Source of the DNA: Gemmatimonadales bacterium
GTDB taxonomy: Bacteria > Gemmatimonadota > Gemmatimonadetes > Gemmatimonadales > GWC2-71-9
DNA: 64,000 nucleotides
NCBI GenBank assembly: GCA_040877595.1
Contig: JBBDNM010000037.1
Span: forward strand, 59,277-123,276
Direction: 5' to 3'
Made by a program: the position numbers and the translations under genes. The notes beneath the pieces are model-generated. The model was not told where the DNA came from. It did no database searches and was given only the letters and a program-made list of their open reading frames with translations. Below, piece after piece: positions 35,075-44,213 of the stretch; the stretch's first letter is position 1, and every line of letters starts with the position of its first letter.

Positions 35075-36487
35075 ATGAGCATCCTGACCCGATATCTGCT
35101 GCGCCTGCATCTGGCTCCGTTCCTGTTCGCGCTCGCGGCGCTCACGGGCATCCAGATCGTCCAGCAGATCGCACGACGGTTCAGCGACCTCGTGGGCAAG
35201 GGCCTGCCCTGGACCGTGGTGGCCGAAGTGTTCCTGCTTTCGGTGCCGTTCATCGTGGCACTCACGCTCCCCATGGCCGTACTGGTGTCGGTGCTGTTCG
35301 CCATGACCCGGCTCGCCAACGACAGCGAAGTGACGGCGCTCCGCGCGGGTGGCGTATCCCTCGGCCGATTGATGCGTCCGTTGCTGCTGGCTGGAGCGTG
35401 TGTGGCCGCCGGGGCGTTCCTGTTCAACGACCAGATCCTGCCGCGCACCAACCACCGCCTGCGAACACTGTACACCGATATCGCCCGGAAGAAGCCGACC
35501 TTCTCGCTGACGGAGCAGGTCATCAACGAGGTGCAGCGCAACCGATTCTTCCTGCGCGCGGCCGACATTGATCCCGGCACCTTCCTGCTGCGGGACGTCA
35601 CGATCTTCGATCTGGCCGACCAGGAACGCAAACGCGTCATCTATGCGGACAGCGGGCACCTGGCCCTGTCCGAATCCCAGGAAGACGCCTACCTCACGTT
35701 GTACGACGGGGTCCTGCACGAGTTTGACCGCGCAGAGCCCGCGATGTTCCAGCAGACGGTTTTCGACCGCGACCTGATACGTGTGCGCGGGGTCGGGAAC
35801 GAGTTGCGGCGTACGCTCACGGATTCGTTCAAGGGCGACCGCGAGATGAGCATCTGCGAGATGGATGCTGTGGTCCGCAACGCGCGCCGCGAGCAGGAGT
35901 TGGCCGAACGGCGGCTCGCGCAGGCGCGCGTGAACGGCCTCCGCAGTCTGGTGGGCTTGGGGACGCTCGAAGCGGACACGTCCGTCGCACTGCCACCCCC
36001 GCAACTCTGGTGCCGCCTGATCGGCGTGCCTACGGTGTCGGCCCAGACGCCGGATAGCATGGGCGTCCTGCGCCGATTGAATGCACCGGCGCGTGAAGCC
36101 TGGGTGTCGGGCACGGGTCAGGGCCTGCGGGCCAGTGACGATGTGGCGTTGCAGGAACGCGTGCGTTCCGCCCGCCTGCGGGCGGCGAGTTACGCCGTGG
36201 AGATCCACAAGAAGTACGCGCTCGCCGCCGCGTGTTTCGTGTTTGTCCTGATCGGCGTACCGGTGGCACTCCGCTTCCCGCGGGGCGGCGTCGGGCTCGT
36301 GATCGGGGGCAGCTTCGTGATCTTCGCCATCTACTATATCGGCCTCATCGGCGGCGAGTCCATGGCGGATCGCCTGCGTACGCCGGCCACAATTCTCTGG
36401 GTGCCAAATATCCTGTTCACCGTCGTGGGACTGGCCCTGCTCCGCTCCGCCAGCCGGATCGGCACGTCCGGGCGCGGGGGCCATTGA
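35075..36487 (+). CDS. lptF: LptF/LptG (YjgP/YjgQ) family permease
   Basis: The ORF track entry 33998..36487 is over-extended (its upstream part is antisense to sprA). The ATG at 35075 gives 'MSILTRYLLRLHLAPFLFALAALTGI', the canonical family N-terminus. Six TM helices with a large periplasmic insert. Confidence 0.8.
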   Translation: MSILTRYLLRLHLAPFLFALAALTGIQIVQQIARRFSDLVGKGLPWTVVAEVFLLSVPFIVALTLPMAVLVSVLFAMTRLANDSEVTALRAGGVSLGRLMRPLLLAGACVAAGAFLFNDQILPRTNHRLRTLYTDIARKKPTFSLTEQVINEVQRNRFFLRAADIDPGTFLLRDVTIFDLADQERKRVIYADSGHLALSESQEDAYLTLYDGVLHEFDRAEPAMFQQTVFDRDLIRVRGVGNELRRTLTDSFKGDREMSICEMDAVVRNARREQELAERRLAQARVNGLRSLVGLGTLEADTSVALPPPQLWCRLIGVPTVSAQTPDSMGVLRRLNAPAREAWVSGTGQGLRASDDVALQERVRSARLRAASYAVEIHKKYALAAACFVFVLIGVPVALRFPRGGVGLVIGGSFVIFAIYYIGLIGGESMADRLRTPATILWVPNILFTVVGLALLRSASRIGTSGRGGH

Positions 36488-37563
36488 TGCTGCGCCTGCT
36501 CGACCGCTACGTGCTGCGCGAGTGGCTGCGCATCCTGCTCATCACGGCCATCGGGTTTCCGCTCATCGTCGTGGCGTTCGAGCTGACCGACAACCTCGAC
36601 GACCATCTGAGTCGCGGCATCGACCCGGCCAACGTGGCGCTCGGATACCTGTTCAGCATGCCGGACAAGATCTTCCTGATCCTTCCCGCCGCCGTCCTGT
36701 TTGCGACGGTCTTCACGCTCGGCGCCTTGAATCGGCACACCGAGCTCACGGCGATGAAGGCGTCCGGCCGCAGTCTCTGGCGGACGCTGATCCCTCTGCT
36801 GCTCGCCTCGCTGGGCGTCACGGGGGCGGGATGGTGGCTGGGCGAATGGGCCCCGAACGCCACGACGCGACAACTGGAACTGCTCGGCGAACGCGAGGTG
36901 CGCAGCCAGACGACGCGCCACAACTTCGTCTACCGCGCGGATCACGGTTGGGTCTATGCCGCCCGCTCATTGAACATTGACCAACGCCGCCTGCAAGACC
37001 TGGTCATGGAGCGCGAAGGCACCGGTCCCGACTATCCGACGCTGGCCATGCACGCGCCGCAGGCACAACACGACTCCCTCGGCCGGTGGACGCTGGTCAA
37101 CGGCCGCATGCGCATTCTGCCTGATGCGCAAACCGCGCTCACGTTCGCCTACGACTCGGCGCGCATGGCGCAGCTGGTCGAGACACCGGAAGCCCTGCTC
37201 CTGGAGCCCAAGGACCCGCGCGCGATGACCTACGCCGAGCTCGGCGCCTACATTGATGACCTCGAGCGCTCCGGTGGCGACGGCCGCAAACTGCGCGTCC
37301 GGCAGGCACTCAAGATGGCGATTCCCTTCACCTGCGTCATCATTACGCTGTTTGCCGCTCCCTTGGCGCTCGCAGCGCCACGCAGCAGCGGCGCGGTGGG
37401 CGTGGGGATCAGTCTTGCGGTCACGGTGATCTTCCTGACCATGGTCCAGCTGGCGGAAGCCATAGGAGCGGGTGGGCTGCTGCCGCCGCTGGCGGCGGCG
37501 TGGGCCCCCAATGTGGTGTTTGGCGTGGCGGGGTTGGCGATGCTGGCGAGGGCGCCAAGCTAG
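36487..37563 (+). CDS. lptG: LptF/LptG family permease
   Basis: The ATG at 36487 overlaps the lptF stop (TGATG). 'MLRLLDRYVLREWLRILLITAIGFPLI' is the family N-terminus. TM helices flank a central periplasmic domain. Confidence 0.8.
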   Translation: MLRLLDRYVLREWLRILLITAIGFPLIVVAFELTDNLDDHLSRGIDPANVALGYLFSMPDKIFLILPAAVLFATVFTLGALNRHTELTAMKASGRSLWRTLIPLLLASLGVTGAGWWLGEWAPNATTRQLELLGEREVRSQTTRHNFVYRADHGWVYAARSLNIDQRRLQDLVMEREGTGPDYPTLAMHAPQAQHDSLGRWTLVNGRMRILPDAQTALTFAYDSARMAQLVETPEALLLEPKDPRAMTYAELGAYIDDLERSGGDGRKLRVRQALKMAIPFTCVIITLFAAPLALAAPRSSGAVGVGISLAVTVIFLTMVQLAEAIGAGGLLPPLAAAWAPNVVFGVAGLAMLARAPS

Positions 37564-37663
37564 AAAGCGCAGCGACACTCGCGTCGCAATGGTCCCTCGC
37601 ATACACTACGGTGCCGCACAGGCTTAGCCGTGGCCGCGCCACATCGCTGCCCAAGGAGCACGG

Positions 37664-39082
37664 ATGGAAACGGTCGGCTGGCTTTCCATTGTCCCCCCTG
37701 TCGTCGCCATCGGCCTCGCGATTCGCACCAAACAGGTGTTTCTCTCGCTCGGCCTGTTTGTGCTCCTGGGCTGGACGATTCTCAGCGACCTCAACCCGCT
37801 CACCGGACTCCTGGCCTCGATGGACGCGTTTCTGGCCGCCGTGACCGATGCGGACAACGCCCGGGTGCTGCTCTTCTCCGCCCTGATCGGCGCCATGATC
37901 ACGCTCACCCAGGCGTCCGGCGGCATGGTCGGTTTCATTCACTGGGCCGAGCGGCGCGGACTTGCCAGTTCGCCCCGCAAGGTGGGGCTGTTCACGGGCC
38001 TCGTGAGCATGATGGTGTTTCTGGAGTCCAATTTCGGCCTGTTGGTTTCGGGATCGGTGGCCCGCCCACTATTCGACAAGGCGAAGATCTCGCGCGAGAA
38101 GCTGGCCTACCTGATTGACGCCACCTGCGCGCCCAAGTGCATCCTGATTCCGATCAACGCCTGGGGCGCGTACGTCATCACGCTACTCGCCGCGCAGGGG
38201 GTCGCCGAACCCGTGCCGCTGTTGGTGGCCGCGTTGCCGCTCAATTTCTACGCGATCCTCGCCATCCTGCAGGCGTTCGGGGTCATTCTCGTTCCGAAAT
38301 GGGACTTCCCGCTGATGCGCGCCGCCGAACGCCGCGTGCGCGAAGAGGGCAAGGTGCTGCGCGATGGCGCCCAGCCGATGGTCTCCACCGACGTGACCAC
38401 CGTGGACCCGGCGCCCGGCATGCCCACCCGCGCCATCAACATGGTGCTGCCCATCGCGGTCATGGTTCTGATGGTGCCGTACGTGCTCTGGCTGACCGGC
38501 GAGGGCAATCTGATGCGCGGCAGCGGGTCGAATGCCGTGCTGTGGGGAGTCGTGGCGGGCGTGGGTGTCGCCGTCATTGGCTACCGACTCCAGGGCCTGC
38601 TCACGATTCGTGAAAGCACGGACTTGATCATCAAGGGCGTGCAGGGTCTGGTGCCTTTGGTGATCGTGTTGTCGCTCGCCTTTACCATCGGCGCCACCAC
38701 CCGCGCCCTGGGGACCGGCGTGTTCGTGGCGCAAGCCGCACAAGCCACCTTACCTACGTTCGTGATCCCCGTCCTGATCTTCCTGCTGGCCTGTTTCATT
38801 GCGTTCGCCACGGGGACGTCATGGGGCACCTTCGCGATCATGATCCCGATCGTGATCCCAATGGTGGAAATCCTGGAGCTGCACCCGGCGCTCGCCGTGG
38901 CCGCTGCACTCGGTGGCGGCATCTTTGGCGACCACTGCTCGCCCATCTCCGACAGCACGATCGTGGCGTCCATGGCGGCCGCCACCGACCACATTGACCA
39001 CGTGCGCACCCAGTTGCCCTACGCCCTGACGGCTGCCGGCGGTGCCTCGTTGCTCTTCCTCCTCGGGGGCCTCGTTCTGTGA
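37664..39082 (+). CDS. nhaC: NhaC-family Na+/H+ antiporter-type transporter
   Basis: 472 aa, about 12 TM helices. 'LFSALIGAMITLTQASGGM', 'ATCAPKCILIPINAWGAY', 'FGDHCSPISDSTI'. Confidence 0.7.
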   Translation: METVGWLSIVPPVVAIGLAIRTKQVFLSLGLFVLLGWTILSDLNPLTGLLASMDAFLAAVTDADNARVLLFSALIGAMITLTQASGGMVGFIHWAERRGLASSPRKVGLFTGLVSMMVFLESNFGLLVSGSVARPLFDKAKISREKLAYLIDATCAPKCILIPINAWGAYVITLLAAQGVAEPVPLLVAALPLNFYAILAILQAFGVILVPKWDFPLMRAAERRVREEGKVLRDGAQPMVSTDVTTVDPAPGMPTRAINMVLPIAVMVLMVPYVLWLTGEGNLMRGSGSNAVLWGVVAGVGVAVIGYRLQGLLTIRESTDLIIKGVQGLVPLVIVLSLAFTIGATTRALGTGVFVAQAAQATLPTFVIPVLIFLLACFIAFATGTSWGTFAIMIPIVIPMVEILELHPALAVAAALGGGIFGDHCSPISDSTIVASMAAATDHIDHVRTQLPYALTAAGGASLLFLLGGLVL

Positions 39083-39957
39083 CGCGTTTCGTTCGCCCGC
39101 TGGCCATCACCACCGCCGTCTTCGCGTTTGCCCTCGTAGCACTGTCGCCACTCGTGCGCATCACGGGCTCCGGCCTGGGCTGCGGCGACCACTGGCCGCT
39201 GTGCAACGGCCAGATTATTCCCACGTTCCACGACCTGACCGTCGCGATCGAGTGGGGTCACCGCGTGGCCGCCTTGGGCTTCGGCCTCCTCCTCGTGACC
39301 CTGCTCATCGCCGCTCGCGGACACCGTGCCGTCTTCGTGCCGGCCGCCATCGCCTTGGTGCTCGTGATCCCGCAGGGCCTGCTCGGCCGGCTCGCGGTCA
39401 AGACCGAACTGCAGTACGGCGTGGTGGTCATTCATTGGAGCGCGGCCCTCGCCCTGCTTGCGCTGGTAATACTGGCAGCGCTCCGCACGGGTGAGACCCC
39501 GGCACCCCGCACCAGTGCCCGTGCGTTCCGCACTGTGCGTACTGCCTTCATTGGCGGCGCCCTCGTGTTGGTACTGGGCGGGCTCACCGCCAACCTCAAC
39601 GCCGGATTTGCGTGTGGTGGGTTCCCGCTGTGTCAGGGACGTCTGTGGCCGAACGATGCGGTGGGCGGGCTGGCGCACATCCAGTGGGTGCATCGGCTCG
39701 TTGCGTACCTGCTGACACTCCACATCGTCTCGCTACCGCTGGTGTTCCGGAGGCGGAACGAGCCGAGCAGCGTGCAGCGTGCAGCGTGGAGTCTGGCAGG
39801 CGTGCTGACGGTGCACATCGTCGTCGCAGCATGGATGGTGGAAGCGTCCCTGCCGCTCTGGGCGCGTACGACGCACGCCATCCTTGGCACGGCGGTCTGG
39901 GCGGGATTGGTCTACTTGTCGTGGCTGGTGCGGCCGGCGAAGCCTACGACGGCGTGA
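39079..39957 (+). CDS. ctaA: Heme A synthase (COX15/CtaA family)
   Basis: The GTG start overlaps the nhaC stop. 'ITGSGLGCGDHWPLCNG' and the second-half 'GFACGGFPLCQG' Cys pairs. Conserved His in 'IEWGHRV' and 'IQWVHRL'. Confidence 0.8.
   Translation: MTRFVRPLAITTAVFAFALVALSPLVRITGSGLGCGDHWPLCNGQIIPTFHDLTVAIEWGHRVAALGFGLLLVTLLIAARGHRAVFVPAAIALVLVIPQGLLGRLAVKTELQYGVVVIHWSAALALLALVILAALRTGETPAPRTSARAFRTVRTAFIGGALVLVLGGLTANLNAGFACGGFPLCQGRLWPNDAVGGLAHIQWVHRLVAYLLTLHIVSLPLVFRRRNEPSSVQRAAWSLAGVLTVHIVVAAWMVEASLPLWARTTHAILGTAVWAGLVYLSWLVRPAKPTTA
39768..39788 (+). repeat. Tandem heptanucleotide (CAGCGTG)x3 inside ctaA
   Basis: Read directly: cagcgtg cagcgtg cagcgtg. The unit length is not a multiple of 3. 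Confidence 0.9.
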
Positions 39958-41094
39958 TCAGGTCCCGCTGCGGGACGGCGGGTGTCACTTCGGGGCCGTC
40001 CTCCCGCATATAGACATTGATCTCGCTGCGCACACCGAAGCGCCCGGTCAGGTAGACGCCGGGCTCCACCGAAAAACCGACGCCGGGCAGCAGGCGACGC
40101 CCGTCCTTCGTCTCGAACGAGTCGAGATGCGGGCCCGAGCCGTGCAGGTCCGTGTCAATCGAGTGGCCGGTGCGGTGCACAAAGTATTCGCCGTAACCGG
40201 CGGAGGTGATTACCTCGCGCGCGGCACGATCACCGTCAGCGCCCACGGCCCCACCCTTCTTATGGGCTTCAGCAATGGCGCGTACCGCGGCATCCCGCGC
40301 ATCGCGCACCACGGTCCAGACTTCGAGGACCTCCGCCGGCACATTCGTCCCGGTAAACGCCATCCACGTCTGGTCCGCAAACACGCTGCCCTCCCCCGGC
40401 CCTCCCCACAGGTCGAGCAGCACCACCTGATTGGGCTCGAGGGCGCGGTCCTGCCCTTCCCGCGGCTCGTAATGCGGATTGGCGGCATTGGGCCCAAAGC
40501 CCACGATCGGCGGATGCGTGGTAACGAGGCCCGCCCGCGCCATCCGCTGCAAGACATCCTGCTGGATAGCCCATTCCCGCTGCCCGTTGGGTGATGCGAC
40601 CAGACCCGCCAGCACGGCGCGCGCAATCTCCGCCAAGATCTCCGCCGCGCGCCGATGCCCGGCAAGCTCTTCGGCGCTCCACCCGGCGGCGAACTGACTC
40701 ACCAGATCGGCCGATGACTCCACCGTGGCGCCAAGATGTGTCATCAGCCGCATCACGCCCCACGGCACGCGATCCAGGTACGGCACGTCGTCATTGTCGG
40801 AGATTTCCATCGCGATGCGGCGTCCGCGCACCAGCGTACCGAGCTCCTCGTGCAGCGACTGCCAGGACGCGTACGGGCGCACCGTGCCGGGGAAGCCGTC
40901 GAGCGGCTGGAGTTCGATCTTGTGCGCGACCGCCACCGGGTCGCCCTCCGCGGGGAACCAGACGAAGATCCGGCGCGTTCCCATGCCACCCAGACCAAGC
41001 AGACGAGCCGCGACCGGATTCACGCCATGAAAGTCGTAGACCAGCCATCCATCGAGTCCGGCCCCCGACGCAGTCCCTCCAGGTCCACACGCAT
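39944..41094 (-). CDS. M24-family Xaa-Pro aminopeptidase/dipeptidase, apparent 1-nt frameshift near the 5' end
   Basis: 'HPPIVGFGPNAANPHY', 'VLLDLWG', 'VHRTGHSID', 'GFSVEPGVY' and 'GVRSEINV' form the pita-bread metal-ligand pattern. The in-frame ATG is at 41146. A better start (ATG 41092-41094, TGATG overlap with the upstream stop) lies in another frame and joins the main frame across a C5 run at 41062-41066. Confidence 0.75.
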
Positions 41095-41645
41095 CAGATT
41101 GCCTCCCAGCGACACGTGGCGTCGCCTTGCGTGCGGCACGCCACATGAATCATCGCACCGTCGAATGTCGTGAGGCGGCGCAGGACCTCGGCCACCGCGG
41201 CGCCGTAAAATGCGCATGCGGCGCCCTCGGGTGTGGCGCGTACGAGCAGGTCGTCGGCCACGGTGGCGACAAGGCGCGGTTGCGTGGTGAGCACCATGCC
41301 CACGGCGCGTACGGCCCGGCGCGCCACGAGGCGTCCGGCCAGTCGCGCGACCGCGACCGGCAGCGGAAGCCGAGCAATCAGGAGACGCCCCAAACGACGA
41401 CCGCCGTCGGTGAAGACGAGACCGGCATCGTGGCGGCGGGCCACCAGGCGCACGAGGGCCTCCAGTTCGGACGCGGGCGCGCGGTCGCCCTTCTGCACCT
41501 GCCGCTCAAGGCGCGCGATCTGCGCCGCCACTGTCGAGCTGCGGCCCAGACGTTTGACGGCAAGTTCCTGGTGGACCTCGTCCAGCTCGTCGGGCACGTG
41601 CGCGTCCAGCGCGCGCACCGACTCGAGCAAGGCGAGCGCGAGCAT
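41094..41645 (-). CDS. V4R-domain-like protein (candidate small-molecule-binding regulator)
   Basis: Start re-set to ATG 41643-41645; the ORF track extends to 42062, antisense to the sigma gene. The C-terminal 'ACAFYGAAVAEVLRRLTTFDGAMIHVACRTQGDATCRWEAI' resembles the V4R C...G...G....E..C...G...C pattern. Confidence 0.4.
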   Translation of the reverse strand: MLALALLESVRALDAHVPDELDEVHQELAVKRLGRSSTVAAQIARLERQVQKGDRAPASELEALVRLVARRHDAGLVFTDGGRRLGRLLIARLPLPVAVARLAGRLVARRAVRAVGMVLTTQPRLVATVADDLLVRATPEGAACAFYGAAVAEVLRRLTTFDGAMIHVACRTQGDATCRWEAI

Positions 41646-41650
41646 CGGGC

Positions 41651-41699
41651 TCACGGTGTGAGCGGAACTGGGAACGTCGGGAGAAGCGGTCACGGTGTG
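41651..41699. promoter_or_regulatory. Two perfect 10-bp direct repeats TCACGGTGTG flanking tandem GGAAC motifs, in a divergent promoter region
   Basis: The repeats are at 41651-41660 and 41690-41699. GGAAC occurs at 41664-41668 and 41671-41675. The region lies between the V4R-like gene (minus) and the ECF sigma gene (plus). Confidence 0.3.
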
Positions 41700-41783
41700 C
41701 ACAGGCGGCGCAACATACGCACCGCACCCACCGCCCGCCACAGACCATTGCGCGCCACCCGCATTCCGGCGACTCTCAAGCCA

Positions 41784-42344
41784 ATGACCGACCCCGACCC
41801 CCGCGTGAGCTTCGAGCGCGAGGCGCTGCCGCACCTCGATACCATGTATCGCGTGGCCCTGCGTCTCACCGGCGACCCCTCCCGCGCCGACGACCTGACC
41901 CAGGATGCGATGCTCAAGGCGTTCCGCGGGTGGCACACGTTCACGTCCGGCACCAACGCGCGGGCATGGCTCCTGACCATTCTCCGCAACCAGTTCATCA
42001 ACGACTACCGCCGCACGAAGAACCAGGGGCCGGCCGTGGACATCATGGAGATCGAGGGCCACACCGTCTTCGCCGACGTGCAGGAGACCGACCCCGCCGG
42101 CCGGTTCTTTGACCAGATCGTGGATGACGAGGTCACCGCCGCCATCGAGGCCCTGCCCGACGAGTTTCGCGAAGCGGTCATCCTTTCTGATCTTGAGGGC
42201 CTTCCCTACGCCGAGATTGCCGAAATCCTTGGCGTACCCGTGGGCACCGTGAAGTCACGCCTCCATCGCGGACGCCAGATCCTGCAACGCCGCCTGTACC
42301 AATATGCCGTGGACATGGGCTACATCCGAGGAGCGCAACCATGA
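41784..42344 (+). CDS. ECF (group 4) sigma-70 family RNA polymerase sigma factor
   Basis: Start re-set to ATG 41784. Region 2 'DLTQDAMLKAFRGWHTF.....ARAWLLTILRNQFINDYRR'. Region 4 'FREAVILSDLEGLPYAEIAEILGVPVGTVKSRLHRGR'. Confidence 0.9.
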   Translation: MTDPDPRVSFEREALPHLDTMYRVALRLTGDPSRADDLTQDAMLKAFRGWHTFTSGTNARAWLLTILRNQFINDYRRTKNQGPAVDIMEIEGHTVFADVQETDPAGRFFDQIVDDEVTAAIEALPDEFREAVILSDLEGLPYAEIAEILGVPVGTVKSRLHRGRQILQRRLYQYAVDMGYIRGAQP

Positions 42345-42571
42345 GCGAACACCTTGACTGCCGACAGGTCGTGGATCGCCTGTACGACTTCCTCGATGGC
42401 GAACTCACCGCGACCGACGCCGAGGAGGTGCGGGCGCACATGGCGGCCTGTGCGCATTGCTTCGAGCGTTCGGACTTTGAAGCGGCGTTCCTCCGGTTCC
42501 TCGAAGCCCGCGGCAAGGGCAAAGACTGTCCACCGGAAGTGCGACGCCGCATCCTGGACAGCTTGCTCTGA
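42341..42571 (+). CDS. Soluble zinc-binding anti-sigma factor (ZAS, RsrA-like)
   Basis: 76 aa with an ATGA overlap with the sigma gene. The ZAS motif H-x3-C-x2-C is 'HMAACAHC', plus an upstream Cys ('HLDCRQ'). No TM segment. Confidence 0.8.
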   Translation: MSEHLDCRQVVDRLYDFLDGELTATDAEEVRAHMAACAHCFERSDFEAAFLRFLEARGKGKDCPPEVRRRILDSLL

Positions 42572-42576
42572 GCCCC

Positions 42577-43320
42577 GTGCTTGCCGCGGCGGTGGCGGGT
42601 GGGGCCGCGCTCGCGGCCGCGTTCGCGGGGTGGCTCAGGCCCGGCGCAGCCGTGGCAGCCGCCATGATCGGCTGGGCGCATCTTGCCGGAGCGGACTGGG
42701 CAGGCGGCGCCCTGCTGGCCACGTTCGTCATCAGCGGGAGCGCGCTCACTCGATATCTCGATCCCGACGGGCGGTCCGCGGCGCGACGCAGCGCCGGTCA
42801 GGTGCTCGCCAACGGTGGCGTGGCCGCGGTGGGCGCTCTGCTGATTCCGCGATGGCCCCACGTTGGATGGCCCATACTCCTTGGCGCGTTGGCGACCGCT
42901 CAGGCCGATACGTGGTCCACCGAAATCGGCCGGTTAAGCCCCTCCCAACCGCGGGATCTGCTGACGCGACGCCCCGTTCCCGCTGGAGCCTCCGGCGGTG
43001 TCACCGCCCGCGGGACGATCGGAGGCGCTGTAGGCGCGCTGGTCATCGGCTTGGTGGCGCTGATCGCGGGCGTGCCGCCTGGCGGCGCTGCCGCAGCCGT
43101 CATGGCGGGCGTCGCCGGGATGCTGGCCGACTCGGCCTTGGGCGGAAGCCTGCAGACACGTTACCTATGTAGTGTATGCCAGCAGACCACCGAGGCGTCC
43201 CAGCATTGCGCGCAACCAACGCGCCAAGTATCCGGGCTTCCGGGAGTCGGGAATTCGGCGGTCAACGCCGTCAGCACCGCCTGTGGCTCCGCAGTGGCGT
43301 GGCTGGCGTGGGGCTGGTGA
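42577..43320 (+). CDS. DUF92/TMEM19-family integral membrane protein
   Basis: 'ANGGVAAVGALL', 'ATAQADTWSTEIG' and 'SGGVTARGTIGGAVGA', with a Cys-rich insert 'CSVCQQTTEASQHC'. Confidence 0.65.
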   Translation: MLAAAVAGGAALAAAFAGWLRPGAAVAAAMIGWAHLAGADWAGGALLATFVISGSALTRYLDPDGRSAARRSAGQVLANGGVAAVGALLIPRWPHVGWPILLGALATAQADTWSTEIGRLSPSQPRDLLTRRPVPAGASGGVTARGTIGGAVGALVIGLVALIAGVPPGGAAAAVMAGVAGMLADSALGGSLQTRYLCSVCQQTTEASQHCAQPTRQVSGLPGVGNSAVNAVSTACGSAVAWLAWGW

Positions 43321-43694
43321 TGTTGCTGATGCTCACCGCCTGCGGACCCGTCAGTACCGGACCCAGCCGGACTGGGACCATCGGCGGAACCTCGGGGACG
43401 CAGGGTCAGTCGCTTGTGGGCACGTGGCGCCGCACACTCGTCTTCCAGCACGGGAACGACTTCACGACCTCCGAAACCACCTGGCTGTTTGGGCCCGATG
43501 GCAGTTGCGAACGCCGGGTCGCGACGACGACCCTGTCCGCAGGCTTCACGGACACCACTTCGAGCACGTGCCGGTGGTCGGTCGCCGGCACCGTGATGAC
43601 CATCCAGTTTGATGGTGCGGGTTCGGCCCAGTTCAGCTGGTCCGTCCAGGGCGGCACACTCCTGCTGAACGGCGTACCCTTCCAGCGCGTATGA
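43320..43694 (+). CDS. Small lipoprotein, unknown function
   Basis: Lipobox 'LLMLTAC'. The ATG at 43320 overlaps the DUF92 stop (TGATG). Alternative starts are GTG 43299 and the ORF-track start 43176. The mature part is Thr/Ser/Gly-rich with two Cys. Confidence 0.5.
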   Translation: MLLMLTACGPVSTGPSRTGTIGGTSGTQGQSLVGTWRRTLVFQHGNDFTTSETTWLFGPDGSCERRVATTTLSAGFTDTTSSTCRWSVAGTVMTIQFDGAGSAQFSWSVQGGTLLLNGVPFQRV

Positions 43695-44185
43695 CCATGG
43701 ATTCCTCCGGCCTGTCGCCGGACACCTTTCGCCACCTGCTGGGCACGTTCGCCAGCGGGGTCACCGTCATTACGACGCGCGGGCCGGCCGGGACCGCCGC
43801 AGGCATGACCGCGAGCGCGTTCTGTTCTCTCTCGCTCAGCCCGCCGCTGGTGCTCGTGTGCGTGGCCCACGAGAGCGGATTCCACGACACGCTGCGCGCC
43901 GCTCGGCAATTTGCGGTGAACATCCTGGCTGAAGACCAGGCCGCACTGTCCGAACGGTTCGCCGGGACCTGGTCCGAGCGCTTCACGGGCGTGGTGATGG
44001 CCGTGGATCATACGGACCGACCACCGTTGATCGGCGGCACGGCCGGCTACTTGCTCTGCGAGACCGTGGACGTGCATCCTGGCGGCGACCATGCCATCTT
44101 CGTGGCGCGCGTTGTGGGGGGCGAAGCACTCGGTCGCCCGCCTCTGCTGCATGTCCATGGTACCTACCGGCGTCTTCATCCGTGA
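43691..44185 (+). CDS. Flavin reductase domain protein (FMN-binding split barrel)
   Basis: 'FRHLLGTFASGVTVITT', 'GMTASAFCSLSLSPPLVLVCV' and 'GDHAIFVARV' are typical HpaC/flavin-reductase-like blocks. ATGA overlap with the upstream gene. Confidence 0.8.
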   Translation: MTMDSSGLSPDTFRHLLGTFASGVTVITTRGPAGTAAGMTASAFCSLSLSPPLVLVCVAHESGFHDTLRAARQFAVNILAEDQAALSERFAGTWSERFTGVVMAVDHTDRPPLIGGTAGYLLCETVDVHPGGDHAIFVARVVGGEALGRPPLLHVHGTYRRLHP

Positions 44186-44213
44186 CGCCGGAACCTGACG
44201 CGAAGGAGTACGC

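Noticed and set aside
37564-37663. GCGAC-ACTCGC-GTCGC hairpin after lptG, as a possible terminator.
   Set aside because: The stem is 5 bp with no U-tract, which is too weak to call.
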